Assembly: GCA_039923495.1 (NCBI GenBank)
Contig: JBDTCO010000006.1
Span: 35,066-99,065 of the forward strand
Source of the DNA: Polyangia bacterium
GTDB taxonomy: Bacteria > Myxococcota_A > Polyangia > Palsa-1104
Direction: 5' to 3'
Length of the DNA stretch: 64,000 nucleotides
The notes beneath the pieces are model-generated. The model was not told where the DNA came from. It ran no database searches and saw only the letters and a program-made list of their open reading frames with translations. Made by a program: the position numbers and the translations under genes. Below are positions 19,785 to 29,148 of this stretch, piece by piece; position 1 is the stretch's first letter; every line of letters begins with the position of its first letter.

Positions 19785-20040
19785 GCCGCCGATGTCGACG
19801 GTGCACCACGAACGTGACGAGCGAGGTCGTGGAGACGCCCGCGAGCTCCGTGATGAGGCGGCTGTCCCACCGGCCCTCGAGGACGTACTGCAGCGTCGCC
19901 ATACCGACGGTGAGCAGGCCGATGCCGAAGAGATCGATGGGATCCTTCCGGCTCGCGATGTCGATGAGGTAGCCGCCGATCCTCGGGCCGAGGTGCCGCC
20001 GTGGATGATGACCACGGGTCGTCAGCCCACTTGAAAGGCA
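19785..20040 (-). pseudogene. remnant of an MFS (EmrB/QacA-like) transporter gene, about 85 codons
   Basis: Minus-strand frame reads LGPRIGGYLIDIASRKDPIDLFGIGLLTVGMATLQYVLEGRWDSRLITELAGVSTTSLVTFVVHRR, resembling the TM6-TM7 region of EmrB-type transporters; flanks are occupied by mgtC and the + strand gene at 20066, so only a fragment can exist. Confidence 0.35.
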
Positions 20041-20065
20041 CGGTCGCACGCGGTAGCACGCGAGC

Positions 20066-20536
20066 ATGGAGACCAACATGGCGATCACCGACAGGCTGCG
20101 CACCCTCGTGGGCGAGGCACTCGCGTCCAACCGCTTCGATCACGTCGTGCCCGTGCGCAAGGCACGCGAGGCGCTGGCGACGGTGAACGACCTCGCGGGT
20201 CGTCCGTTCTGCACCGCGACGGAGCTCTCCGAGCGCACCGCCGCCGAGGTGAAGCGCGCCGCCGACCTGCGCGAGCCCGCGCCGGTCATCGTGTACTTCG
20301 ACGGCAAGGATCACCGCACGAAGGTGAAGGTCGAGGAGCTGCTCTCCAGCCGCTCCATCGCCTTCCGCGTGCTCGACGTCTCCGAGGACGAGGCCACGCG
20401 CTCGTTCGCCGAGACCGCGTCGAAGGCCAAGGAGTTCCCGCTCGTGTTCATCGCCGGCAACGCGGTCGGTGGCCTGCACGAGCTCATGCAGCTCGACGTC
20501 AACGGCGAGCTCGCGCGCCGCGTCTTCGGCGCATGA
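20066..20536 (+). CDS. glutaredoxin-fold protein lacking active-site cysteines
   Basis: C-terminal half APVIVYFDGKDHRTKVKVEELL...FPLVFIAGNAVGGLHELMQL resembles the Grx fold but has no Cys; stop overlaps the next start (ATGA). Confidence 0.45.
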   Translation: METNMAITDRLRTLVGEALASNRFDHVVPVRKAREALATVNDLAGRPFCTATELSERTAAEVKRAADLREPAPVIVYFDGKDHRTKVKVEELLSSRSIAFRVLDVSEDEATRSFAETASKAKEFPLVFIAGNAVGGLHELMQLDVNGELARRVFGA

Positions 20537-21909
20537 AGCACCTCGGGCTGCTGCTCTGTGCGGCTGCGGGAGCGCTGTTGCTCCGTGCCTCCGCACTGGC
20601 AGCGCCCCCGTCGCTGGCCGAGCGCGCGCTCGCGTCCCACGTTGCCTACGATCACGCGGTGCGCATCGCCGACGAGGTCGGTGAACGCATGGCCGGCACA
20701 CCCGCGGCCGATCGCGGCGTCGCGTGGGCGCTCGCGGAGCTCAAGGCGCTCGGCTTTGCCGACGCGCACACCGAGCCGGTGACGCTGGCGACGTGGCAGC
20801 GCGGGTCGAACGATCTCGTCGAGCTGGTCGCGCCGTACCCGCACACGCTGCACGCGCTCGCCCTCGGGCACAGCCCTCCGACGGCAGCGGGTGGCCTCAC
20901 CGCCGAGGTCGTCGAGGTCACGTCCTTCGAGGAGCTCGCGAAGCTCGGCGACAAGGTGCGCGGCAAGATCGTCTTCTTCGACGGCGTGATGAAGCGCAGC
21001 CAGACCTTCGACGAGTACGGCCGTGTCGGCCAGACGCGCTTTCACGGTGGCGTCGCGGCCGGAAAGCTCGGCGCCGTCGGTGCGCTCGTGCGCTCCGCAG
21101 GGACAGGCGCTCACCGCCTGCCGCACACGGGCTGCACGTTCTACGACCCGAAGGTCCCCGCGATCCCGTTCGCGGCGCTTGCTGCCGAGGACGCCGGCCT
21201 CCTTCACCGAGCGCTGGTGAAGGGTCCGGCGCGCATCAAGATGGTGCTCGGCGGTGGCATGCACCCACAGGTGACCTCGGCCAACGTCGTCGCGGAGGTC
21301 CGCGGTCGCGAGAAGCCCGACGAGATCGTGCTCGTCGGCGCGCACCTCGACTCGTGGGACGTCGGTGACGGCGCGATCGACGACGGCGCCGGGGTCGGTA
21401 TCGCGATGCAGACGATGACGCTCGTGAAGGCACTGCGACCAAGGCGCACCGTGCGCATCGCGCTGTTCATGAACGAGGAGTGCGGCACCGATGGCTCGGC
21501 GGCGTACGGCAAGGCGCACGCCGCCGAGGCTGGCAAGTACGTGGCTGCGATGGAGGCCGACGAGGGCGCCGGCGCGCCGCTGCACTGGTCGGTGAGCGGC
21601 GACGAGAAGTCACGAGCGCTCGTGACCCGGCTCGCCGGTCCGATCGCCTCGATCGTGAAGGACGACGTCAGCGTGAGCGACCAGGCCGGCACCGATCTCG
21701 CGCCGCTGCGTCTGCTCGGTGTGCCCGGCGTGAACCTGTCGCAGGACGCCACCGACTACTTCGAGTGGCACCACACCGACGGCGACACGGCCGACAAGAT
21801 CGACCCCATACAGATGAACCACGCCGCGGCGGCCTTCGCCGCGATGGTCGTCCAGCTCGCCAACAGCGACGAGACCCCGACCCGATCGTTCCCCAGGCCG
21901 CGGCCCTAG
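20533..21909 (+). CDS. M28-family secreted peptidase (aminopeptidase-like, PA domain)
   Basis: Signal peptide; GAHLDSWDVGDGAIDDGAG metal-binding motif and NEECGTDGS typical of M28. Confidence 0.8.
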   Translation: MKHLGLLLCAAAGALLLRASALAAPPSLAERALASHVAYDHAVRIADEVGERMAGTPAADRGVAWALAELKALGFADAHTEPVTLATWQRGSNDLVELVAPYPHTLHALALGHSPPTAAGGLTAEVVEVTSFEELAKLGDKVRGKIVFFDGVMKRSQTFDEYGRVGQTRFHGGVAAGKLGAVGALVRSAGTGAHRLPHTGCTFYDPKVPAIPFAALAAEDAGLLHRALVKGPARIKMVLGGGMHPQVTSANVVAEVRGREKPDEIVLVGAHLDSWDVGDGAIDDGAGVGIAMQTMTLVKALRPRRTVRIALFMNEECGTDGSAAYGKAHAAEAGKYVAAMEADEGAGAPLHWSVSGDEKSRALVTRLAGPIASIVKDDVSVSDQAGTDLAPLRLLGVPGVNLSQDATDYFEWHHTDGDTADKIDPIQMNHAAAAFAAMVVQLANSDETPTRSFPRPRP

Positions 21910-21913
21910 CGGG

Positions 21914-22249
21914 TCACGGCGTTCTCTGGAAGCGGGCGATGAACGCGGAGACACACTCGCGCGACTCTTCGTCCTCGTCGGTGAAGTGAGCGCCGAACCC
22001 GACGCCCGGCTCGACGTGCACGACCTTTGCGACGGCGCGCAGCGCGGCCGACGAGCGCATCGAGCCGACGAAGAGCTGCACCTCGTCGCCGATCTTCACG
22101 ACGGCGTTCGACTCGACGAAGATGCCCGACTTCGATAGGTTGCGCGAAGTGCCGAGCACCGTGCGCACGCCTTCGGGGTGGCTTTCGACGATGAGCGTCT
22201 CCGTGCGAACGAGCTCTCGCGAGAAATCACGGCGGGCGTCGTCACTCAT
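21914..22249 (-). CDS. PilZ-domain protein (candidate c-di-GMP receptor)
   Basis: 111 aa from internal MSDDARRDFSREL; RxxxR and D/NxSxxG-like elements (RRDFSR, GTSRNLSKSGIFVE). Confidence 0.65.
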   Translation of the reverse strand: MSDDARRDFSRELVRTETLIVESHPEGVRTVLGTSRNLSKSGIFVESNAVVKIGDEVQLFVGSMRSSAALRAVAKVVHVEPGVGFGAHFTDEDEESRECVSAFIARFQRTP

Positions 22250-23417
22250 GCCGCCATTGTACCGCGGCCTCGCGGTCTGCTCGACATTGCTCTGTGTCCT
22301 CGTCGCTGCGCCACATCCTGCGCGCGCCGACGGCGTCCTGCGCACCGCCATCAACACGGGGTACGAGCCGGCTCTCGCGGGTGACTTCGGCGGCCACGGC
22401 TGGGTGCTCGTGCGCGCCGATCGCGAAGGCGCGCTCCCTCGCGGCGCGCGCATGTCCATCGAGTACAACACCGACACGCTGCGCCTCAGCATCGATCGCG
22501 CCCGCTTCGATCGCGTCGAGCTCGGCATCGGGGTCGTCGGCGAGGCGATCCTCGCCGGCGTGCTCACCGACTACTGGCGCGACGGCCACGAGGAGGGCTC
22601 GCATGCCTTTTCGGCCAGCTACGTCGGCGCGATCGGAGGCGCCAAGGTGGATCTCCGACCGCACTACCTCGAGATCACTGCGGGCGCTCGTCGCTGGCTG
22701 TTCGGTCGCTGGACGGGGACCTCGCCCGATCTCGTGCTGCCGCCGAGCGCGTGGGTGGGCGAGCTCCGCATGCGCTACACGTACTGGAAGATCGCGCCCG
22801 ATCCGTCGACGTACGAGGCGCAGCGCGCGTTCTGGCGCGTGCGCGGCGTGGGCTTCGGGCTCGAGGTGTCCGGCGATCTGCGCTCCGAGGCCCACGCGTG
22901 GGGCGCGATCGGTCCGTCGTTCGCTCTGACCGATCCGCGCAACGATCCGTCGCGCGTCGTCGTCGGTGCGCACCAGTGGCTGAGGCTCGGCTGGCAGGTG
23001 GCGTCGCGCGTGCGGCTGCAGGCGCGCGAGGAGGCGCACTGGATGCACGGCGAGGACGATCTCGATCGCCAGCGCATCGGTGGCATGAACCCGTACGTCG
23101 TGCCGCTCGCGGGCGCGCCCTGGCCGTCCTACCTGTCGGGCAAGCTGCTCGCGCTCGAGGGCTCGGTCCACCTCCGCGTCAAGAACCAGCAGGAGCTCGG
23201 CATGCTCGTCGACGGCGTGCTCACCGAGGACGTGCGTCGGGTCGGGGCCACCGACGCGCGCTGGCTCGCGGGCATCGGCGTCTTCGCGGATCTACGCCTG
23301 CGTGGCTTCCAGCTCGACATCCGCGCCGGCTGGTCCCCGACGACGCAGCCCGGCAACCACCGTGGCTCCGGCACGCTGCTGGTCGCCATCGGCTGGGGCG
23401 GCGTGCGCGCGCGGTAG
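22248..23417 (+). CDS. hypothetical secreted (outer-membrane-like) protein
   Basis: Internal Met gives signal peptide MPPLYRGLAVCSTLLCVLVAAPHPARA; alternating amphipathic strands; start codon overlaps the divergent PilZ start (CATG). Confidence 0.45.
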   Translation: MPPLYRGLAVCSTLLCVLVAAPHPARADGVLRTAINTGYEPALAGDFGGHGWVLVRADREGALPRGARMSIEYNTDTLRLSIDRARFDRVELGIGVVGEAILAGVLTDYWRDGHEEGSHAFSASYVGAIGGAKVDLRPHYLEITAGARRWLFGRWTGTSPDLVLPPSAWVGELRMRYTYWKIAPDPSTYEAQRAFWRVRGVGFGLEVSGDLRSEAHAWGAIGPSFALTDPRNDPSRVVVGAHQWLRLGWQVASRVRLQAREEAHWMHGEDDLDRQRIGGMNPYVVPLAGAPWPSYLSGKLLALEGSVHLRVKNQQELGMLVDGVLTEDVRRVGATDARWLAGIGVFADLRLRGFQLDIRAGWSPTTQPGNHRGSGTLLVAIGWGGVRAR

Positions 23418-23421
23418 TCGG

Positions 23422-24153
23422 CTACCTGGCGCAGCGAAAGCCGAGATCCGTGTCGCGGTAGTCCTCGGGCCAGCCGACGCGGTTGGCGGTGCGTGGCGCC
23501 GCCAGGATCGAGCAGCACGCACCGCCACGCACGCTGCGGCGCGGTGCACGCCCGAGCTCCTCTGCGCCACGCGGCGTCGGCGCGGTGTGCGAGCGGCCGT
23601 AGTAGTCGGCGGTCCACTCCCAGACGTTGCCGGCGAGATCGTAGAGGCCGTCGCTGCTGGGTGGATAGCTGGCGACCGCGACGGGGCGCCCGGGGTTGTC
23701 CGGGCAGCGACCCTCGCCCTCGTAGTTGCCCCAGTTGGCGCGCGCGCAGTCGGGCGCGTCACCCCACGGGTAGGTTTGCGAGCCGGTCCCGCGGGCCGCG
23801 CGCTCCCACTCGAGCTCGGTGGGGAGCCGCCCACCGACCGCCCTGCAGTAGGCCGCGGCCTCGCTCCAGCGGACGTCGGTCATCGGTAGCCGCGAGAGGA
23901 GATCGGTCCACATCACCTGGCGACGAACACACGCCCCTGCGAGCACGCAGGCCGTGTACGCGCCGCGCGTGACCTCGGTTCGATCGAGCGTAAACGCGGC
24001 GACCTCGACGAGGCGCGCGGGTCCTTCGTCTTGTTCCGGGCGATCGATCCCGGTTCGCACGCTCGCGCCCATGCGTACACGCGCGCGCGGGAGCGACACC
24101 GGGGAGGGGTCGAACGTGGCGATGGCGAGCAGCAGCCGGAGCAGCGCGAGCAC
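23422..24153 (-). CDS. formylglycine-generating enzyme (FGE/SUMF1) family protein
   Basis: Signal peptide; motifs LPTELEWERAARG, GNVWEWTADYY, RSVRGGAC and GFRCAR. Confidence 0.75.
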   Translation of the reverse strand: MLALLRLLLAIATFDPSPVSLPRARVRMGASVRTGIDRPEQDEGPARLVEVAAFTLDRTEVTRGAYTACVLAGACVRRQVMWTDLLSRLPMTDVRWSEAAAYCRAVGGRLPTELEWERAARGTGSQTYPWGDAPDCARANWGNYEGEGRCPDNPGRPVAVASYPPSSDGLYDLAGNVWEWTADYYGRSHTAPTPRGAEELGRAPRRSVRGGACCSILAAPRTANRVGWPEDYRDTDLGFRCAR

Positions 24154-24217
24154 GACCTACATTATGACAAATGGCCGCATCGAGGCGCTTCGCCCCGGCG
24201 GTGCGATCATGTGTGAA

Positions 24218-24508
24218 TCAGGCGCGCCCACGCATCGGCGAGGGGACCGGCTCCTTCATCGCATCGATCGGGTTGCACTCGTCGATGTCGTCGGCGAGCT
24301 CCTGCCCGATGGTCGAGATCACGAACGGACCGCCGAGCTCCTCGGCAAGTGGTTGATCTCGAATGTCTTCGGAGGCGTCCTCGCCGGTGAGGGCGTCGCG
24401 CATGAACTCCTCCGCCATCTCCTCGTCGACACTCCCCGTGGTGTGGAACGCCCCACCCTGCGGGTCGGGAAGAAATGCGTTGGCGTCGTCTTTTCTCTGC
24501 TTGGCCAT
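24218..24508 (-). CDS. small acidic hypothetical protein, 96 aa
   Basis: MAKQRKDDANAFLPDPQGG...EEFMRDALTGEDASEDIRD; protein-like part of ORF 24218..24823; divergent from radC. Confidence 0.35.
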   Translation of the reverse strand: MAKQRKDDANAFLPDPQGGAFHTTGSVDEEMAEEFMRDALTGEDASEDIRDQPLAEELGGPFVISTIGQELADDIDECNPIDAMKEPVPSPMRGRA

Positions 24509-24696
24509 GGTGATTGCTCCCTGGCGATGCTCTGCCGCCTTCATCTGCTGCGAGGATGGGGCCACCTTCGCTGCCGCGCCGCGTGGCATGCCGTCCGTGC
24601 GCCGGACGTGCGCGTCCGGTGGGCGGACGGTCTCGGACACCGATGCTGCGATCTCCAGCGCTTGCGCCTGGCGACGTGCTTGCAGCGGCCTGTCCC

Positions 24697-25320
24697 ATGA
24701 ACGACGCGCTCGTTGCTCGCCTCGCGCTCCGCGGGGTCGACGCCCTCTCGGACGCCGAGCTCCTCGCGGTCGTGTGCAGCTGGCCCGTGGACGAATCGCA
24801 GCGGCTGCTCGATGGCGAGCCACCGATGAAGCGACGCGGCGACGATCCGCAGCTCCGCATCACGGCGCTGCTCTCGCTCGCGCGCCGCCGCGATCGACCG
24901 GTCGCCGAGCTCCCGACGCTCGACAGCGCGGCGGCCGTGGCGGCGCTGCTGTTCGAGCTCGGCCACGCGGAGGTCGAGGAGCTGCACGCGCTCGCGCTCG
25001 ACTCGCGGAACCGACTCGTGCGCCGCGTCGTGGTCGCGCGCGGTGCGGTGAACCAGGTGGCCACGTCGGCGCGCGAGGTGTTCCGGCCGCTCGTGCTCGC
25101 GGGCGCGACGCGAGCCATCGTCGTGCACAACCATCCGAGCGGCGATGCGCAGCCCAGCCCCGAAGATCGGCAGCTCACCAGTCGACTCGGCGCGGCCGGT
25201 GAGCTCCTCGGGATCGCGCTGCTCGATCACGTCATCGTCGCCAGCGGGGGATATTTCAGCTTTGCGGAGGAGGGCGGCTCGCCGCTCCGTCGTCAGGGCG
25301 CTCGACGTGCGAATCGCTGA
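24697..25320 (+). CDS. radC: RadC-family JAMM-motif protein
   Basis: Internal Met MNDALVARLALRGVDALSDAELLAVV (HhH-like N-term) and JAMM motif VVHNHPSGDAQPSPEDRQLT. Confidence 0.75.
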   Translation: MNDALVARLALRGVDALSDAELLAVVCSWPVDESQRLLDGEPPMKRRGDDPQLRITALLSLARRRDRPVAELPTLDSAAAVAALLFELGHAEVEELHALALDSRNRLVRRVVVARGAVNQVATSAREVFRPLVLAGATRAIVVHNHPSGDAQPSPEDRQLTSRLGAAGELLGIALLDHVIVASGGYFSFAEEGGSPLRRQGARRANR

Positions 25321-25368
25321 AATGTTGGACACCCGATCGGCATTGGCTAGGATGGCAGAATTCTTAGC

Positions 25369-26343
25369 GTGCGCACCCCCCTCATCACGATCTTCCTGGC
25401 GCTCGTTGCGGTGCTTTGTCTCGGTGCTGGCCGCGCAGAAGCGCAGGCCGACTACGTCGGTACGCGCGCGCTCGGCATGGGCGAGGCACTGCGCGCGAAC
25501 GCCGCCGGTGCGTCCGCCATCCTCCTCAATCCGTCGGGCATGTCGCTGTCGCGAGGCTACGTCGTCGAGGCGGGCTATGGCATTCGCGTGGAGGACGTCG
25601 GTCACCACGCGTTCGTGGCCATCGTCGACTCGGTCACCTCGCGTGTCGCCGCCGGCCTCTACTACGAGTACATCCATGCGAACCCGAAGCTCGGCTTCGA
25701 CTGGGCCGGCGGCCGTGTCGCCGACGACAAGCTGACGCGCAGCGGCCACGCGGCCGGCATCTCGCTGTCGATCGCGCTCGGCGAGCGCTTCCTGCTCGGC
25801 GCGAGCGTGAAGTACCTGCACTTCGACACCAACGCGCCGCTGCCCGCCGGTACGCACCCCTCCAAGCTCAGTTTAGATCACATCAACGGCGTGACGTTCG
25901 ATGTCGGTGCCACCTTCAAGCTCCATCCCAAGTTCCAGATCGCTGCCGTCGGTTACAACCTCTGGAACCACGGGAGCCGCGAGACGCCGACCTCGGCGGG
26001 CTTCGGCCTGTCGTTCATCCCCATCCCCACGCTGCTCATCAACTTCGACGGCGTGGCCAACTTCACGGGGTACAAGACGCTCGTGGTCACCGACGATCCC
26101 AGCGTCGTGAAGTACAAGTTCAAGCCGACCGGCCGCTTCGGCCCCGGCATCGAGTGGCTCATCGCCAGCAAGGTCCCTGTCCGCGCGGGCTTCGTGTACG
26201 ACACCGGCCTCAACGCGGCGTACGTCACCGCAGGCACGGGCTACTTCGGTCAGTCGTTCGCGGTCGACCTCAGCTACCGCGGCAAGGTCACGGGCGGCGT
26301 CGAGAACTTCCTCATGATCGGTCTCCGCCTCTTCATCAATTAG
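25369..26343 (+). CDS. outer-membrane beta-barrel protein (porin-like), hypothetical
   Basis: Signal peptide; alternating hydrophobic beta-strand pattern; C-terminal LRLFIN ending in aromatic/hydrophobic residues. Confidence 0.55.
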   Translation: MRTPLITIFLALVAVLCLGAGRAEAQADYVGTRALGMGEALRANAAGASAILLNPSGMSLSRGYVVEAGYGIRVEDVGHHAFVAIVDSVTSRVAAGLYYEYIHANPKLGFDWAGGRVADDKLTRSGHAAGISLSIALGERFLLGASVKYLHFDTNAPLPAGTHPSKLSLDHINGVTFDVGATFKLHPKFQIAAVGYNLWNHGSRETPTSAGFGLSFIPIPTLLINFDGVANFTGYKTLVVTDDPSVVKYKFKPTGRFGPGIEWLIASKVPVRAGFVYDTGLNAAYVTAGTGYFGQSFAVDLSYRGKVTGGVENFLMIGLRLFIN

Positions 26344-26348
26344 ATCGT

Positions 26349-26385
26349 GGGGCATCGCGTCCGCAGGCCTGCGTGCGTCTGCCCC
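26349..26385 (+). terminator. GC-rich stem-loop after the beta-barrel gene
   Basis: ggggcatcgcgtccgcaggcctgcgtgcgtctgcccc has outer stem ggggca/tgcccc and inner gcag/ctgc; starts 6 nt after the stop. Confidence 0.4.
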
Positions 26386-26433
26386 GTCGCGAGGCGTGTG
26401 CACCCCGTGGTAGAGTCGTAACGGGGGTGCGGG

Positions 26434-27738
26434 ATGGCCGAGTTCGAGATCGCTGCCGGCGTTGGGGAACAGCGCGTTCCGGTGGTTCCCGACGAGACTC
26501 GGCCTGCGAAGGCGTCTACCGCAGCGGCGGGTCGAGCGGCGGTGCAACGCATGCTCGTCCATACCGAACACACAGGCCTCAACCTTCGTTCGGCTCCTAG
26601 CACCGCGGCCGACGTACTCGGGACGCTCGTACGGGGCTCCGAGGTCGAGACATCCGGCGCGCCCGAGAGCGGCTTCGTCGCGGTGAATGATACCGCTTCG
26701 GGAAAGCGCGGCTGGGCCTCCACGAGTTACTTGCGCGCAGTTCCGTCGGGCTTCAGTCGCCCGCCGCTGACGTTGCCGCCCGCGAAGCCGCCCGCAGTTG
26801 CAGGGGCGATCGCAGCCCACGTCGTCAGCCAGACGCTTCCACGAGCCGCCCAGGACAATACTCGCGTCGCGATGACGCCGAGGTTGCTCTCCGCTGCCGT
26901 GAACGTGTCCGCGTTGCCGAAGGACGATCACAAGTACGAGACGATCGCCGGACGCGCGTTCGTGAAGGGCGCTGGCGATGCGAGCGACATCGACCCGAAC
27001 GACGTCGCACAAGGCGGGCTCGGTGATTGTTACTTCCTCTCGGCGGCGGCCGCCGTCGCGCGCGCGAACCCCGAGCTCATCCGGCGACTCATCAAGCAGG
27101 TCGGACCGCATGCCTACGAGGTCACGCTCTACGGGGAGGATCACTTCTGGTCGTCGAGCACGCCGCACAAGTTCGTCGTCAGTGACCAGTTTGCCACCGA
27201 TGGGCACGGGCACGCCGTCTATGCACAACCGGGTGACGTCGGTCGGGAGGGTCCGGAGCTCTGGGTGATGCTCCTCGAGAAGGCCTTCGCCACGATGAAG
27301 GGCAGCTCGAAGGCGCTCGAAGGCGGCCTCGGCTCCACCGGGCTCGGGCTCTTGCTCCAGGGCGGCGGCAAGGACTACCAGACCGGAGACTACACGCCCG
27401 ACCAGCTCATGAAGCTCATCAACGACGCGATGCACGCGCACCTGCCGGTGACGACCGGAACGGGGGTGGTGATCAGCAATGGGGCCTCCTTACTCGACGA
27501 GCTGAAGGCGAAACATCCGTCGCTGCCGGACTGGTTCATCAGCAAGGAGAAAGAGCGGCAGCTCGCAGCGATGGCGAAGGTCGGTGCGGTACAGCCGCAC
27601 GAGTACTCGATCGCCAGCATCGATCTCAAGACACGGCACGTGAAGATCCAGAACCCATGGGGTTTCGCCCACCTCGATCTCTCGTTCGAGGACTACAAGG
27701 CAGCATTCACCGAGTTCTCGATCGGCGCTGCCCAATGA
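26434..27738 (+). CDS. calpain-like (C2-family) cysteine protease with N-terminal bacterial SH3-like domain
   Basis: Active-site Cys motif QGGLGDCYFLSAAAAVA (calpain QG.LGDCW.LAA); candidate His (GHGHAVY) and Asn (QNPWG) sites; N-terminal LNLRSAPS...GWASTSYL resembles SH3b. Confidence 0.7.
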   Translation: MAEFEIAAGVGEQRVPVVPDETRPAKASTAAAGRAAVQRMLVHTEHTGLNLRSAPSTAADVLGTLVRGSEVETSGAPESGFVAVNDTASGKRGWASTSYLRAVPSGFSRPPLTLPPAKPPAVAGAIAAHVVSQTLPRAAQDNTRVAMTPRLLSAAVNVSALPKDDHKYETIAGRAFVKGAGDASDIDPNDVAQGGLGDCYFLSAAAAVARANPELIRRLIKQVGPHAYEVTLYGEDHFWSSSTPHKFVVSDQFATDGHGHAVYAQPGDVGREGPELWVMLLEKAFATMKGSSKALEGGLGSTGLGLLLQGGGKDYQTGDYTPDQLMKLINDAMHAHLPVTTGTGVVISNGASLLDELKAKHPSLPDWFISKEKERQLAAMAKVGAVQPHEYSIASIDLKTRHVKIQNPWGFAHLDLSFEDYKAAFTEFSIGAAQ

Positions 27739-28103
27739 GATGGGCGGCGCCTCTCACTGCGCTCCTGCTCTCCGCCTGCAGCACGCACTCGTCCGCCGCC
27801 TCCCCTGTACAAGGAAACTCCGTGACAGAAGAACGCTTGGAGCTCGTCTCGACGACGGTCGCGTGGATCGGCGATGCCCGATGCGGGATCGGCAACATCC
27901 ATCGTGCGAGCTACGTCGACGGCACGGGACGGTCGCAGGAGGGCCTCGTGGTCGACCTGCTCCCTGCTCCCTCTGCCGGTGAGAAGGAGCGTGTCTTCTC
28001 CGTCGGCAAGGACAGCTCGTTCGAGCTCGGCGGCGCACGCTGGGTGGTGCTGAGCATCGAACCCGGCACCCGCGGCAGGGTCACCCTTCGCAAGACCCGC
28101 TGA
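27735..28103 (+). CDS. small lipoprotein start-coupled to the calpain-like gene
   Basis: ATG overlaps the calpain stop (ATGA); signal and lipobox MRWAAPLTALLLSACS; 122 aa; no family recognised. Confidence 0.5.
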   Translation: MRWAAPLTALLLSACSTHSSAASPVQGNSVTEERLELVSTTVAWIGDARCGIGNIHRASYVDGTGRSQEGLVVDLLPAPSAGEKERVFSVGKDSSFELGGARWVVLSIEPGTRGRVTLRKTR

Positions 28104-28175
28104 GCTTTTCCGGGTCGTGACGCATCGGGAACTTTTCCTGATGCGCGGTGTCTGCTCGGGTAAGGTGCGGGCTCC

Positions 28176-28787
28176 ATGAGCGAAGCCGCAGGGCCGCTGC
28201 AAGCGATACGCGAGGCGCTGCTCATCCGGCGGCTCCGGCAGCGCGACGAGAAGGCGTTCGAAGAGGTCGTCGTGCTGTACCGCGACAAGGTCTTCGGGCT
28301 CGTGCTGCGGATGGTAGGCAACCGCGAGGAGGCCGACGACCTGTCGCAGGAGGTCTTCATCACGGTGCTGAAGTCGATCCACACGTTCCGTGGCGACTCG
28401 AAGTTCTCGACGTGGCTCTATCGCATCGCGTCCAACCACACCAAGAACCGCATGAAGTACCTGCACCGTCGGGCCTACAAGACCACGGGCGAGCTCGACG
28501 AGGCGGCCGAGCATGCGATGACGCGCGGCGATGCCCAGGCGAAGGGTCGCGAGCAGACGCCCGAGTCGGCGATGGCGGGCCGGCAGATCGATCGAGTGGT
28601 GCAGGACGCGATCGCGCAGCTCGACGACGACCACCGCGAGATCATCGTGCTGCGCGACATGGAAGAGCTGTCGTACGAGGAGATCGTCGAGATCACCGGG
28701 CTCGCGGAGGGCACCGTGAAGTCCAGGCTGCACCGCGCGCGAACCGCCTTGAAGGAGCACGTGCAGAAGCGGCTCGGTGAGGGGTAA
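28176..28787 (+). CDS. ECF-family RNA polymerase sigma factor (RpoE-like)
   Basis: Region 2 FEEVVVLYRDKVFGLVLRMVGNREEADDLSQEVFI and region 4 LSYEEIVEITGLAEGTVKSRLHRAR. Confidence 0.85.
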   Translation: MSEAAGPLQAIREALLIRRLRQRDEKAFEEVVVLYRDKVFGLVLRMVGNREEADDLSQEVFITVLKSIHTFRGDSKFSTWLYRIASNHTKNRMKYLHRRAYKTTGELDEAAEHAMTRGDAQAKGREQTPESAMAGRQIDRVVQDAIAQLDDDHREIIVLRDMEELSYEEIVEITGLAEGTVKSRLHRARTALKEHVQKRLGEG

Positions 28788-28797
28788 CGTGAGCGCG

Positions 28798-29148
28798 ATG
28801 GACCACGAGGCCACCCAGGCGCTGTTCTCCGCCTACGTCGATGGCGAGCTCACCGCCGCCGAGCGCGCCGTCGTGGACGCGCACCTCGCCGGCTGTGAGG
28901 CGTGCACCGCCGAGCTCGCGACGTTCCGCTCGACGCTCGCGGCGATGCGCGGCGCCGTGCCGGTCGCACCGCCCGATGCGTTCATGGACGAGCTGAAGGC
29001 GCAGATTCGCGCGCGCTCGAGAGGCCGCTTCTTCGGCGCGCGTCGTCGCGGCTACGGCCCCGAGATCGCGTCGCTCGTCACGCTGCTCATCGCGGTCGGC
29101 GTGTACGTGCTGCTCTCGGTGATGCAGCCGACGTGGCTTCTTCGCTGA
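28798..29148 (+). CDS. zinc-binding (ZAS-type) anti-sigma factor with C-terminal TM helix
   Basis: MDHEATQALFSAYVDGELTAAE...HLAGCEAC (HxxxCxxC) then TM IASLVTLLIAVGVYVLLSV; starts within a few nt of the sigma factor stop (alternative GTG at 28789). Confidence 0.7.
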   Translation: MDHEATQALFSAYVDGELTAAERAVVDAHLAGCEACTAELATFRSTLAAMRGAVPVAPPDAFMDELKAQIRARSRGRFFGARRRGYGPEIASLVTLLIAVGVYVLLSVMQPTWLLR

